Under the pieces are notes generated by a model. That model had not been told where the DNA came from, ran no database searches, and saw only the letters and a program-made list of their open reading frames with translations. A stretch of 64,000 nucleotides of DNA from Kudoa neothunni (Eukaryota > Animalia > Cnidaria): NCBI GenBank assembly GCA_964304625.1, contig OZ199839.1:7897166-7961165 (forward strand). Direction: 5' to 3'. Position numbers and translations under genes: made by a program. Shown here piece by piece: positions 40,005 to 54,300 of the stretch; the stretch's first letter is position 1, and every line of letters begins with the position of its first letter.

Positions 40005-43000
40005 TCAGAAACCATCTGGAATACCGCCTTTACGATAGTCGCAAACCGCCTCATAACTACCATCCTCCCTTCTAGCGATTGCTTGGATTACACCCATTAA
40101 TGCGTGTTGCTGACCTACACAAATCAGAATAAAAATAATTAGATATTGTCTTGTTGATCAGCCATTTAAATGATAAATTACCTGATACTTCATAGGTTTC
40201 ATTGGTGACCCTCTTGTGTAGATGACTGTACATCAGGGGAACAAAAGTTTTTGGCATGGTGTTTTCATAAACGATTGTAGGAGGGAACAATTGACAATGA
40301 ATACGAGGTCTTGTGACAGCAGTTGTGATATTGTCTTTGAGAAATAGATAGCTTGCCATTGTCTAAATGGTCCAATATAACACATTCCAATTACATCAAA
40401 CAATCACTTACCGATGCGATAGCTGAGGGAATAAAGAATCCTCCTGCCGCCCCAATAACAAGTTCTACATCACCAGTACTCTTGTTGGTCATAATAATAG
40501 GGGCGACTTTGGACATTGGTCTTTTGCCGCTTACTTGAGTATCAGGTGTGAATTTGTAGATTTTTGGCCAGTAAGTTGAAAAATCGGATATTTCGTTGTT
40601 GTAGATAAATCCAAGCTCCCTAGAGACATACTTTGATCCAAAACTAAACCTGATTTTAATTGTTATTGCAGTCAAGTGACATTTACTATGCATTTATAGA
40701 CGATGTGATTGAGCAAGCATCGCCTTCCGGGCCCAATGCAGACATATGAGACGTTCCATGGGCCAAAGATACGTTTATTTTGTTGTACGGTCCATAGTAA
40801 TCCACAATATGAGAAACGTTATCGATTTTATTAAACATATTCTGCACAACAGTGGGATCCATCATATACTTTAATACCTTTAGTTATCAGAAAATTAAAA
40901 AAGTACTTAAACTCTATTAAGTAATTGTTTAATTTGATAAAACACATTTATTAGCATTTGAGGCCAAAAATTTTTATCAAATTAAAATATATACTTCCTT
41001 GACGTGAGGTGTAAATTTTGGGTCGCCTAGAAAAGTTGAAGGGGCATAAGCGAATTTCATAGCTTCCACCATTTGATGATAAAATTGGCCCGGATTGGAT
41101 TTTAAGGAATTTAAACTCCAATTAAATTCTAAAAAAATATTTTCACCATTAAATGATCTATGCAAAAAATTACTATCCATAATTTTAAGCATGAGAGCAA
41201 CTGTTGCACTACTGGCAGGAGGTTTAACACCCAAGAATTTCATTCCAGCTACTTCAGTCACCAGCGCGGGATGCACACGAGCTTTATATCCTGCTAAATC
41301 ATCCTTGGTGATTATACCTCCGATAATGTTAACATCCGATACGATTCTGTCCGCTATATCTCCTCTTTTGGTCAATGTATAAAAACATTACACTCACTGC
41401 TTGATTACCTATAGAAAATATCTGCTCCTCCGGAGTCGGCAATTTTTTGGTAGGTGTCTGCTAATTTTTTCCTTCTCAGTAAAAAACCTTCCCTAACCTT
41501 CATTCCGTTCGGTGCAAACAGTTCCCTATCCTAATGTAGTGATTTATTCAAGAAAAGTACCACTACCTGAGACCTAAGTTGGTGTATATGAAATCTTGCT
41601 TTTTTTCAATTGCCAATGCCAGCATTTCGTGAACACGGAATCCATACCTTGCTAATTTAATGGCTGGTTCAAACAACATTCTCCAAGGTAATTTCCCCAT
41701 TCTTTTGTGAGCCGCTTCAAGACCCTTCAATACACCTGGAATCAAAATAGTGGTTCCTTGTGTTACTCCTAGGTGTGATGTAGCTAACTCATCGATTTCA
41801 TAAAAATATTACTTCCTGATTTGTTGTAATGACTTGGTAGGGATTCTCTAAAGTCCACAGTAAAGGCCTCTCCTAATTTATTTATATTTCGTATTAATAA
41901 AAGATGAAGGGTAAAAAAACTTTAAATACCCTTCTTTTTATCGTAGGCAAGAAGGAATCCGCCACCTCCCAGTCCAGTTGAATGAGAATTAACAACTTCC
42001 ACACATAAATGGACGGCAATTGCAGCATCTACTGAATTTCCTCCTTTTTTAAAAATATTCTTCCCTATTGTTGAACACAAATGGTGATCGCTAGCTACGG
42101 CTGCTTTTTGAAAAACATTGTGCTTGGTCGAAGTGAAAAAATCAGTTTGGTGAAGTTTGAAACGGTCTAAATCACACATAATTTCAGTTGGAAACGCTCA
42201 TTTTCAGAATACCATTAGCTAAATTTAAGTTATCCCGTTTACATGCAGAAACACAGTCAGCATCCAAGCAATCCTGACAGCCGTCCATTACATAGGAATT
42301 TGGAGGCATTACATATATAGGAGGAGGGGGAGGGGGTGGTGGTACGGTTGGAGGTGGTTCGCAAGGCGCGCTGCAATAAACCACCGAAGGAGGAGGTTGA
42401 ACAGGGCAGGGGCATGGGCATGGTATATACATTGGACACGGAACTGGGCAGTTAACGCACACAACATTTGGGCAACATGGAACCGCAGGTGGAACTGATG
42501 TAGAATTCGAAGGAGGTAAGGGCGATATTGTGACAGGTGTTACTGTGGTGTTTTTCTCGTGACTAGGGCTCCAGTAAGCGTGTGTAGGTCTAGTAACAAT
42601 GGGAGGAGTTGTACTGACAGTTGTTGGAGGTGTGACTGGGGTCGGTGGTGTTGTGGACTGCGTTGTAGTAGTTTCATTTTCTTTTTTCTTTTCTGCTGTT
42701 TTTTGGTTAGTATTGACCTTGGTTTCAGTTCTTGTGTTTGCAAAAGTCTTGACTTTGGCAGCAGCTGATGAATTGGATTTCGCATTGCTAGATGTGGATA
42801 TTTTGGTTTTGGTTCTGGTTTTGCTGAATGATTGTGATTCACTGCTGGAACTGCTGTTGCCCTTGGCTTTAGATCCGCCTAGTCCCAGAGCAGCCGATGC
42901 AGATTTTGCATTTTCCAAGGCCACTCCATTTGATTTCTTGCTCCCCAATTTATCCTTTGCAGATTCACAGTCTTTGTGCTTTACTCGTTTTGTAATAAAT

Positions 43001-43129
43001 GAATTTATACGATTTTTTTCTCTACAAAATATTTACATTAACTTTAACCCAATAATCATACTTTGATCTATATCTGCATTCACCTATTATTATTATTATT
43101 GAAAATATTACAAATACGAGGTTCCTCAT
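40005..43129 (-). CDS. Secreted gamma-glutamyl transpeptidase with a Ser/Lys/Thr-rich and Cys/polyproline N-terminal extension (nematocyst-type GGT candidate)
   Basis: Signal MRNLVFVIFSIIIIIGEC. Introns 43022-43061 and 42167-42212 join the extension in frame to AAVASDH..GGNSVDAAIA..STGLGGGGF, DFRE, IPGVLKGL..GKLPW..LFEPAI.LA, HGTSHMS (catalytic Thr), FGSK, NNEISDFS, GAAGG, RIHCQLFP, DYRKGGIPDGF*. Confidence 0.92.
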
Positions 43130-44068
43130 TTAGCAAAAAAAAACTTTTTCAATAGGATGTGAACTTAAAAATGTGTCAGCGTCCATACAGTTAATGACAT
43201 CGTTCCCATGGTGATACGATTGTGAGAGTATTAAATCAGAGTACAGCTTGAATCAAATCTCTACTTTAGATATTTTTTACAAAACATCACGATAAATGAA
43301 TATATACAATTAAAATAATTTGTGCCTAAATAATATTAACTAATAATTGCAATGAAGTATTTTATTTTATTCTTTCCTTTTTATCTACCGTAGAATGAAG
43401 AAATTTTTTAATTTATCCTTTTCATTAAACATAAATTACTGTTACTTTTATTTTCAAGATAACATAACAATTTATAAAAAATACTAAAACTGTAATTAAT
43501 GATAAGAAACTTAATTGAATTAAGAATTCGTACATAACACGTGATTATAACTTTAACAATTAACCTCAAATTTATTATAATAAAATATTTAAATTAATTA
43601 TTGTTAAAGCCCATTGGGAAAAATGTGGTCGTTTATGTATTAAAATTAGTAAAACAAGTTTCTTTTAAATAAATTTTTAAAAAGTTATTGTATTCTAATC
43701 TCCCTATAAAATTAAAAAAAATTCTATTTGTTAATTTTAATGATATTAACTTCCTGTGAAATAATCGCTACCTTTTTATATAAGGTGTGTGCACATTGAT
43801 ATTAAATTAGAGGTAGCATATATTTCTCCTCTAAATCGTAAAATTTTAAAGGTCTAAAATTCCAAAATAAGTTTTACCTCACGTGTTATGAAATTATTTA
43901 AAATTAATATATACTCGAAGAGAATTTGTAGATCGTCTAGCATTTGGAAACTTTAAATAACGGAAAAAGTAAAATCACTTAAAAATTCTAATTGTAATTC
44001 ATTTCTATTATATCTAAATTTTACTTTTATCTGCAAAGGAATGAAAAAGAATTTATTGACATGTTCTG

Positions 44069-44072
<4 letters not shown>

Positions 44073-44102
<30 letters not shown>
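44073..44102. repeat. (TA)n microsatellite
   Basis: About 15 TA units. Similar tracts near 21682-21710, 39569-39586, 47817-47836, 56762-56788, 58357-58373 and 59837-59863. Confidence 0.9.
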
Positions 44103-44106
<4 letters not shown>

Positions 44107-46020
44107 TCTTGTCTGTCAGTGTGTGTTTGCAGCAATACTCCTTCACCACGGAGAAACTTTTTTTAATACAACTTTTAGTCTGCATTTGAATAGACGATAC
44201 CATTAATAAAAATCGTTTGTTCACTTAGAATTATAAATATAATCAATACAGCGGCCAGAAGTAAGGAATTTTCCGGTTGTTTACATGAATTACCAGATTA
44301 AAAGGTACCCGCATAACATTGATGTCTGTTTACTTCAGAGTGATGCTCAATAAAAATGAAGTTTTACTCGCAATATACTAGGTAATTCCGTTAATTTTAT
44401 TATAGAATGTTTCAAAAATGTTACATATACCTGTTTGGAGTAATTTTAAGACAGATAATGCCATTAGAGTCATATTTACAAGAGATGTAACATTTCCCTT
44501 AAGATTTTAAGCATAAAAATATTTAGGATGTATTTTCACTTTTCAAGTGTTATGGATATAGTTAAGCGAAAAAGATTATGATAATTATAAACAATACACA
44601 TAATTTGAGATTATAAGTTGTTGCGACGTTGAAATAATTTGGGTCTCTATACGTATTCTAAAAACGATGTAAGATATATGTAGAGTTTTCAAATAATTGA
44701 ATATTTGTTATAACTTTTTGATTCAAAATTTCTTTTTATCCAATATATCGATTGAGATTGAAACTACATTTGTCTTTCGATAAGTATTTACACATTTTTT
44801 GATTTACCTAAACTTTCTTGTAAAACAGCTGGCATAACTAACTCAATAAGTTTCTACATTTGATGAGATAATTTTGTAAATAATGATTAAGTTCTTAATA
44901 ACCTCATTATTCCATATTTCCAGGCCTTAAGATTAATATTCAAATCAATATAAAATTTTCTTTTCGCTATAAATAATTCATTATGATATAAAAGCTGCCT
45001 GAAAACATGTGACACCCCATGTTATACGTAATTTAAGAATTTATATTCATGATTACTTTTGCACAAAATACAGTCCCCTCTCAATACGTGTCATGTAAGT
45101 TAATAAGAAATTATTAGCCTGTTCGATTTAACCGACATTTTAACATAGTCTTCGTTAATTTAAGAATAGTTCAATTCGAAGAAATTTTTTTTAAGGAAAT
45201 CAAACACTACGTTTATTTTTAAAAGAGTGCACTCGATCAAGAGAACCAGTTGATATCCAATCTTTACGGTTATTTTTCAAACCAAAAACACCTTCACATT
45301 TTAGATTTAATCGTATTTTGATAATTAAATTTGTATACTTTTGTACCAGTAATTATTTTTGTTAAAAAAGGTTGCATTTATTTAAAAATCGGGAAATTAT
45401 GTTTAAATAGTGAATACGAAAGATACCACTCACAGCTTATTAAAACCTCATTAACATCCTTTATAATATTGCAAAAAGGAGTAACAATTAATATTTTTAT
45501 TTCTGATCCATCTTAAGTTTATTTTATTTTTCTTATCGTTTATAGACTAATACTAAATTTTATAACTAGAAGGATTAATTTTTATCGCAAAATTTTAGAA
45601 AAATCTGAAAGTCCTATTTAAGTTATTTAATGAATTTTTTTTATAAATAAATTAACATTATCGTTAATTACATTTCATCGTTCATCAAATTAAGGTCATT
45701 ATATTTTTGGTTATTAATTTGTAAAATAAACTTAAAAATACTCATTTATTTCCTTCAATATTTCTATTTTTATTTGAATGGAAAGTGCGCGCATAATTTT
45801 ATTTTTCTAAATCATCACATTGCAAAAATAATGACAAGCTTTAAAATTCATAAATAAAATATAAGAAATAAAATTTACAGGGCTTAACGTGCTAATTAGA
45901 TTAAATCCTTCCTATAAGTTATCCATTCAAAAATAAAACTAAAAGTTAAAATTTTCCATCACATAGTGTCAGACAAAGTTGTGAATTAGCGCTAGTTATT
46001 AATATTTAAAGTTAAACGTT

Positions 46021-47198
46021 TTGATCCTCCTGTCCGGAGTGGGGTCGGCGTGGACCCCGAATCCGACTAATTTGAACCTAATTTTCGATAGACAAATTTA
46101 AACCACCCGTAAATTTCGGAATTCGTCTAAAAATGTGCAATTCTTGGAATGAAATGAAAAAAGTTCATTTTAAAAAATTATTATTGGCTAATTGTAATGA
46201 TTTTGGTTCCTTTAGAGACAAAAATATGTTTCGTTTTTAAGGAAAACACACATGTACTGAGAAAATTGATTTTTCTCTTATAATTGTAGATTTAATGATT
46301 TAGTATATAATATTTAATTGAGTAAATGATGAAACTTCGCTAATTATAGAATTTCACTGCGGATTTTCGAGTCTTAATCCCAAAATGACTTATCTAATTT
46401 TATATTTACTTTTCGTTACTATAAGCTTGTCGTTAGAAGGATATAAGTAGTTCATCCGTTAAACTTTTAATTTTAATGATTTTATGGAGAATCAATAACG
46501 TAGTTCAAATATAATGGAATTTTGTTGTTTTACTTAACTTTGTAATTATGAAAATCTACTTCTTATATTATTCAATTTATAAGGAAAAAATTTTGTAAAC
46601 AAGCTAATATAGTGAAAATTAATAATTACATAACAGGAATAACGTAACAAATCTAATTTTCTAATAACAAATTAGGTTTCAAAAAAGAACGTGTAAATCA
46701 AATATCAAGATTTTATTTGAACTGTGCCTTTTATATATGCCTTAAAAATTATGGTAAATTACAAATTAGAGCCAATACAACCTAACTCATTTTAACCCTT
46801 TTTATTTGTTAATTTGTTGTTTCCGATTTTATACGACCATGCCGCCGTTGCTGTCTGTTCGGATCAATTTTACTTATGGTTTCTTCTTTTGAAGTTGTTT
46901 TCATTTTGCAAATTACTTTTTTTCAGTTAAATATGTTTAATTTTAATTTTTTTATCATTAAATTGTTTCTTAATTTTAAATAGCCGATATTTGTGCATTA
47001 TAGGATTCTGTTTTGAAACCCACAAATGTTCCATAATCAATTTAATTTTCTATGCAGAGCATCTTGTTAATAATTGAAAAATAGCTTAAAGCTTGGCACT
47101 ACGAAATTAAAGACTATTAAGACAGTTTATTTCTGGGGTCTGGGCGGACCCCAGAGGAGCGTGTGTGATTTTTTTCCTCTCAGTACAAAGAGGCCTAA
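46021..47198. mobile_element. Decayed non-autonomous piggyBac-like element
   Basis: Ends ttga-TCCTCCTGTCC and GTACAAAGAGGC-ctaa resemble TTAA-CCCTCCTGTAC termini. Matching subterminal palindromes GGGGTC(n8-9)GACCCC near 46041 and 47135. Confidence 0.5.
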
Positions 47199-48348
47199 TA
47201 AGTAGAAATACACTTCATAGTTTATGAAAATTAAATTTTTTAATTTTGATTAGAGAGAAATAAATTCTTTCAAATTCTAATATTGGGAATTTTTTAAAGA
47301 ATTAAATAATCCAAGGAACCAATTTGATCAATTTTTATCAATGATTAACGAATTTTAATAATGAGTTTCATTTTTATTTATTTCTAGAATATAAAACAAA
47401 ACTTAAAGTTAGAGGTGGATTTAAATACCAAAAGTACCGTTGTTGAACGCCGCTTAGTATTGTTGAAAAAACTGTTAAACATAATACAAGGTTCCGACTT
47501 ACATCCACTCGCATTCGGTAATGTGCATTCAAAGTTGGCGATCTATATAGTCTTAAGAACTTCAGTATTCGCCAAGTTGAATAATATTAATGTTATATGA
47601 ACATATTTAACTTAAATATGAGTTCAAAAAGCTAATCACATTAATCTCAGGTCAGATTAGGAAGTAGATGCTAAGAGGTGAGGGTCAAACACGATGCATG
47701 TTTGGGATGTGTCGCTCATAATTTAAACCCCGTGACCAAACTAGGTGCATTATGAGTTAAAGAGCACCAGATTTTATACCATAAACCAATTATAAAATCG
47801 TTGATTGATTTATTCCATATATATATATATATATATTTTAATGGCTGGAAATCGAATAATTCAAAATGTTGAACATCTATTTATTCTCGTTATTATGTTT
47901 ATATTCGATAAAAATTTGTCATGAAAATAATTTAATTAAACTAAATCATGGTAAATGAAAGCTTGGAGAAAATTGTCGATTTAATTTTGAGCGTTAGTGT
48001 TGATTTATTTACCGCAAATAATCGGTTGCCTAAATGAGGATTTTCGGTTTAGAAACAATAATAATTAACACATAACATTAGAAAAGTAGAAATTTAACTT
48101 GTTATTCAGCCATTTTGTTCACCAAATATAACAGAAAACAATAAAAAATTGATCTTTCACGATGCAACATCAACCTCAAAAATATTTAATGGATCTGACC
48201 ATCAAAATCAATACTCTAACAAACCTGTGAATTACAACTAATCTTTAAATACGCAAAAGCCGATAAACTTTTACGCTAAATATAGAACCATTTCTTCAGT
48301 AGAGAAATAATTTAGTCACTGAACTTGGCTATTTCGCAACAGCGTACC

Positions 48349-51300
48349 ATGGTTTTTTCGAAACAGCTATTTCTATTAGCAACACTGCTATTGTTGTTTC
48401 GTACGAATTCTTGTCAAGCTAAGACTCTACCGAGTGATGCTGATCCAGTGGGTAGATATTTATTGTTATTCGACTAGAAATAATTGGAAATTGATCCCTT
48501 GATCATTCCTAAATATATATACATTTCATTAATTATTTAGGTCAACCAGTAATCGATATCAAAAGTCAACGAAATATTGAGGATATTGAAGATGAAGAGG
48601 AAAAAGATCGAATTAAGTTGTTGGCTGATTTGGACGGGCCTTCAAAAATATTTTTGAGACCAGGAGCGTCTCATATACTTGCCTGTTCGTCAATTGTTGG
48701 TCCCAATATTACGTTAATATGGCTGAAAGAAGGTGTAGAAATTAAGCGAGTCCAGGGCGAAAACAACATTGTCTTCAAGTTGAATTATATGGAACAAGTT
48801 GACAATGGTCGTTATAGCTGCGTAGCTATCTTCAAAGGGATTCTTGATCGTTCAACCACAGAACGAGTCTACCGAGATATGAAAGATATCTATCTTACTG
48901 TTATAAGTAATCACTTGATCATAATGATTGTTGAGTATGATCCTATATTGAGTATAGCGAAGCCCATTTTAGAAGTAAATCAACTCTACAACGATATCTA
49001 CTACGACATTGGTCAACAAGAACCCATAGAGCTGTCCTGTAAAGCGCAATCACTTATAGACCTGTCCTTTGAGTGGTTTGGAAATAACCAATCGGAAGTA
49101 TCAGAAATTCGTGTGCCCACGCTCACCATCCAAAATCTCACTGTCTCAACACCTCAAACCTATCATTGTGTGGTATCGAATAAAGTTGGCAAAATGACCA
49201 AATGGTTTCGTCTAATTCCCAAAGGTATTAACTCTAATTTTTGAGAGATAAAATTGGTTTAAGATTTTTGAAATTTAGTTTTAATTTTTTTATCCAATTA
49301 GAGATTTATAATCAAGTTATTTAATTTTCAACATCCATTAATTTATAACTATGTGATTATCATAGAAATTTTCTCCCAGTGAATAAATCAAGTATTCTTT
49401 AAAAAAATCAAAAATTATTCTTTTTAAAAAATATATAAATTTAATATTCCTTTTAAAAACAAATAAATCATTTAATAAGGCTGTATCTCAAAATTTATAA
49501 GTTAAATAGTGTTTTTCTCTAGATAAATAAATTACACAAGTTTTTTCTCTAAAAAAAATAACAACTAAATATCTTTTTCCGCAAAATTATCAAATTTAAT
49601 GTTGTTATTACTTTACTAAAAATAACAAAATATATATTCTTTATCAAAAATAAATTATTTAAATATTCTTGTTTAAAAATAAAATATATTAAATGGGAAT
49701 TTATAAAGCTCGATTATTCACAGAAATATCGTTGAAATTAATCATTATGCACAACGATAAAATCTTTATATATAGAAACCTATATTAAAAAATATAAGTA
49801 ATTAAAGTTATAATTATTTACAATATGAAAGACTTTATGAAAAAAGTTTTGGTCATATTTTAATTAAAGCAATATTATTAGATAAAGTTAAATCTAACAA
49901 TAAAAATATTCATATCAAATATACTTTACAAGTACTAAATATATATTTCTCTTTAACGATGTTTTTTATGTCTATCAATATCATGCGTTATTTTTTGGAT
50001 CTTTTATAATCATAAGTATTGTCAAAAGTAAAGATCGTTGTAATAAAAATTTAAAAAATAATTTAGCATAATTTTAAGTTGTATTTTGAGATATTTCAGC
50101 TTCAGTAAGGATTCACCGGATAATATTTTAACTGAAATACTTCAACGTTAACTTAAATAAAGTATTATCTTAAAAGATATAAAAATATCTTATTTTTTGA
50201 ATTTTTCAAGATTTGCCTATATTTTAACATGAATTAATAAATGTATAAAATTAAATACAATCCATAAGAAACTAAAATAATTTTTAAGTTAACTTAAAAT
50301 AAATATAATACTATATTTGTCATTTTATTATTTTGATGATTAAAATGTAATATTTATTACTAATGACAATCAGAATAAAAATTCTGTAAACAGCATTTGT
50401 TTTACTGTATTATATCTAAATACATTACAGTCAGAATATGAAAATTAAAGAACGAATAAATTATCTAAAATAATGTTTATTTATGATTCATTATATTTGA
50501 TCAAAAAACTATCACAAATCTTCTTTATTAAAATTCTTAAAAAATAATCACATTTACAACAATTACTCAACCTGATTGACTCAAATACGAACCTGCGATT
50601 ATTGAAAATGTAAAAATTAATTAAAAATACAGTCAAATGAGAATAATAACGAACAATTAATAGATCCATATTTATATTTTCTTATTTTATCATTACAAAA
50701 AAAACATTATTTTTCAGATTATTTATTTAAATAGATAATGAATTGGTTGAGAATATAAAATTAATTTGATAAATATGTTTAATTTTCGTTTTGATTGCTC
50801 GTTGAGAGAATTTAGGAGTTTAAGATATATTAAGATTTTAGAATCTGAAAATAATATTAGCTTTATTTTAATTAAATACAAGTCTATAATTTAAATACAA
50901 TTATTTAATGTAAAAACTTATCAATTCTGATTACTTTAATTCATTTAAATTTATATTTTAATCATTTGCATTATTCATTACAATAGTTCTTAAATTTCTA
51001 AAGTGAATATATATTACGGTTTTATTAGTGAAACTCGCTCCACCTCATATCGTGTCAAGGCAGCTGACCCAAAAACACGTCATCATCAATGTTCTTACTA
51101 GAAGAATAGATGAGTATAGCGGACAACCGATGCATTATTTGGCTAATTGCGGGAACAATACAACAGAGAGTTATTCCACTGAAGCAGACTACATGATGAT
51201 ACCTTACACGCGTACAGTCAATGTCGAGCACATAGAATGTTATGTACAACTGGGGAGTTTTTTGAAGATGTTTTCTGACAAGGTTATCACACGAGTGCCG

Positions 51301-54300
51301 ATCATTAAGGATGAAGAAATCCCAACAGAAGGAAATTTATATTTGCAGTCCATACCTCCGACCGGAAAAATACAATTTTCTTATTGGCTTTCACGGAAGA
51401 CACAACAGCGTCTGCACACGCAAAAATCCGAGTAAATTTTTATTATCCCATACACAAATATACGATTTGAGATATAATGTGAAATATTAATCTTGTAGGA
51501 TATATCTGTCAATAAGGACGAATGACGACAATCGAAATGAAACATTGACGTTGATTGAACATCATAACAAATCAAATGGGATAATAGAAATAGACACACT
51601 TAAGCTGAATACTAACTACACAGTGGAGTTGGTGGAAAGTGGAACACAAATAGGCACTCAAACCTTGACTACTCCAATTACGATTTTTATGCCTCCAGAT
51701 CTAAGTGAGGATCAAAGTTTGATTTTGCTCTCCTCATAATGTTAAAAAATAGGTTTCATTCATGAACAACACAAATTCTATCCTGAAATACTTGAAATCA
51801 CTTTGAAAAGTCACCAAAGCATGTTGATGAAAGTGTATTTCTACGAAGAGAATCCAGATTTTATTGTAATGTTGTGTGACTGTTGTGACCATTGCAACGT
51901 TACACCGGCTTTCGTTGTTCAAAAATTGCCGAATGACAACATTCTCACAGTTTACGTTACCAATCTTACCTCCCATTATGATTATGTGGTGAGAGTGTCG
52001 TTTTCTCCTCACGACACTCTAAGATGGTTAAAATCTTATCAAAAAACTTTTACTACTCCTAAAAAAAGTATTTCATTCTTAGAAATAAGTTTAAACTTTA
52101 TCATTCTGTTTTCTCTATGAAACGTTAAAAATGAAATTCTGTAGTATTATGTATGCCAAGAAACGTGTCGATTCAAGTAAATAATTCATCGATCAACGTG
52201 TCCTTCGAAGTAAGTTCAGCCGACAGTGATATGCTTGGTACCGCAGTTTTGGTACAGTACAGTGATATCTCAATCAAGTATTACGTTCCCATCACTTTAA
52301 TGAGAATCTCGATACCACTAAGAATAGGTTACATTATTTTCAGTATTCGAGTAGATTTTATTGAAATCCTACATACCATATATACGTCTTAATTTTTAAC
52401 ATTAGGTCTATCATTTCAATGGCGACGATGCCGGTGAATCCTATGCCAAATATGTCTATAGTGAAGGTAATATTGCCATAAAATTTCAATTTTAGATGAT
52501 TATTTCAAACGTGTGTGTAGCAACTGAAAAGGATCCTAAAATCGTTGTATATTCCGCTTTGTTTTGTGTGGTCGTTGGTACTTTGCTAATAATACTTGCT
52601 ATCTTTGTCTATTAGTATTCTACGTTGAAGTGGATAAAAATAATCAATATTTTTCTCTTTAGTGCATGCAAAGATCCCTTCAAAAGGGCTAGGTTTAGAA
52701 TGCAAAATGGCTCTTTGGTTTGTAGTAATGGTACAAAATTTAACTTTCTCATTTCATTTCATTTCGTTAAATTAAATTAAATTTAGTTTAATTAAATTAT
52801 TATGGTATTTATAGATAAATTGTTGTCAGACCAAAAACCCAACGTGGATGACTCCAACCTACTAACTACTGATCTGTCCACTCAAACCAATATCAACATT
52901 AATAAGTTTGAATTTGGATTGAACAATTTTACCGAAAAGTTAAATTCTCTCAAGAAAAATCACAACTATCCGTTGATATATGAATATAAAGTTTTACAAA
53001 TCTTGACCAAATCGGTTGGACGGCCTCCTGCAAATCAATCTCCCTTCAGTATGAGAGTGTTCAATGTAAATTAAAATGTAGTTAAGAGCGGCGTGTTACC
53101 TATTATTTAGCCTGATTCCCATACTTGTTATATCCTATTGAAGTGTAAGTTCTCATCTCTATTATATTTTTTGTAAATATCATCATGGCACATCACATAT
53201 TTAGCCCCTAAAGTTGATCAAAATATTCAATTTTTGTCCCTTCTCCAAGAGTTATCTCCTTCTCTTGTGATTTCATTGGACTACAAAGAATCTAATAAAA
53301 ACAACTACTGGGAGCACATCGATAACAGCTTATCCAACAACACTGTCCCCTTTTCTATTGATATGAATGTTAAAAAATATTACTATGGTTGTATATATAG
53401 AGAGATTAAAATCAATGCAAATGTAACTAAAAGTTTTGAAATTCTTTTATAGTTAAAACAATAATAACTCATCTTTCGTTAGGATTCCTCTGAAGGCTTC
53501 GAACTCAGTCACCTGGAATATTTGGATTGGTCTATAAATTCTCATATGCCCAATTGTTATGGATCTTACAGTCAGTTACAAAAATTATTGCTTACATTTC
53601 TTGTAAACAATCCGCAGCAGCCCGTAGTTTTGCACTGCAAGTAATCCTAACTAGATAATGAATATTAGATTAAACTGTATGTTGCAACGTTAAACTATTC
53701 ATTATTATATAGAAATGGGATAGATAAATGTGGCACCACCGTCGCTCTCAACTATTGCATCAAACGATACAATAACAGCGATGAGATAAATATCATAAAG
53801 AATATCGTTGAATTTACCAACTGGAATAATTTCTACTTAATCAGTGATTGGGTGAGTTGTGTTTATAGATAACTACTAATTGTATACAAATATAGGGGGC
53901 TCTGATGAGTGTTTACTGCGGTTGTTATGAACTGTTAGCGTTCTCCAATTTGATTCTCAAGGTGGACAATTACAATCGCTCGCTTTATGCCACCGAATAC
54001 AATGTAAGAAATTCCATTAATTTCACCCTTTAATTTTCCCTACTTATTTTGTTATTTCAAAATGTGTTACTTTTTAGAATGCTTTGTGCCATTTAAATGG
54101 GGGCTTCAAAAAGGACATAGCTAGAAAATTGAGTAACTGCAAAAAAAACACTAACAAGAAATACATTCCATGTAGACGCTTATCACTATTGCAATGGATT
54201 GATAGTTTTTTATTTTAGTCGATAGAAATATTCCTTATATCTGCGGGACCCAACAGTACAACTCCAATGTACATAAATGCCAGTTTGATTCGAGTAAATG

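Noticed and set aside
42540-43066. Overlapping and antisense ORFs (42599-43066, 42559-42768, 42540-42842) as separate genes
   Set aside because: They are shadows of the low-complexity Ser/Thr/Pro/Lys exon of the GGT leader.
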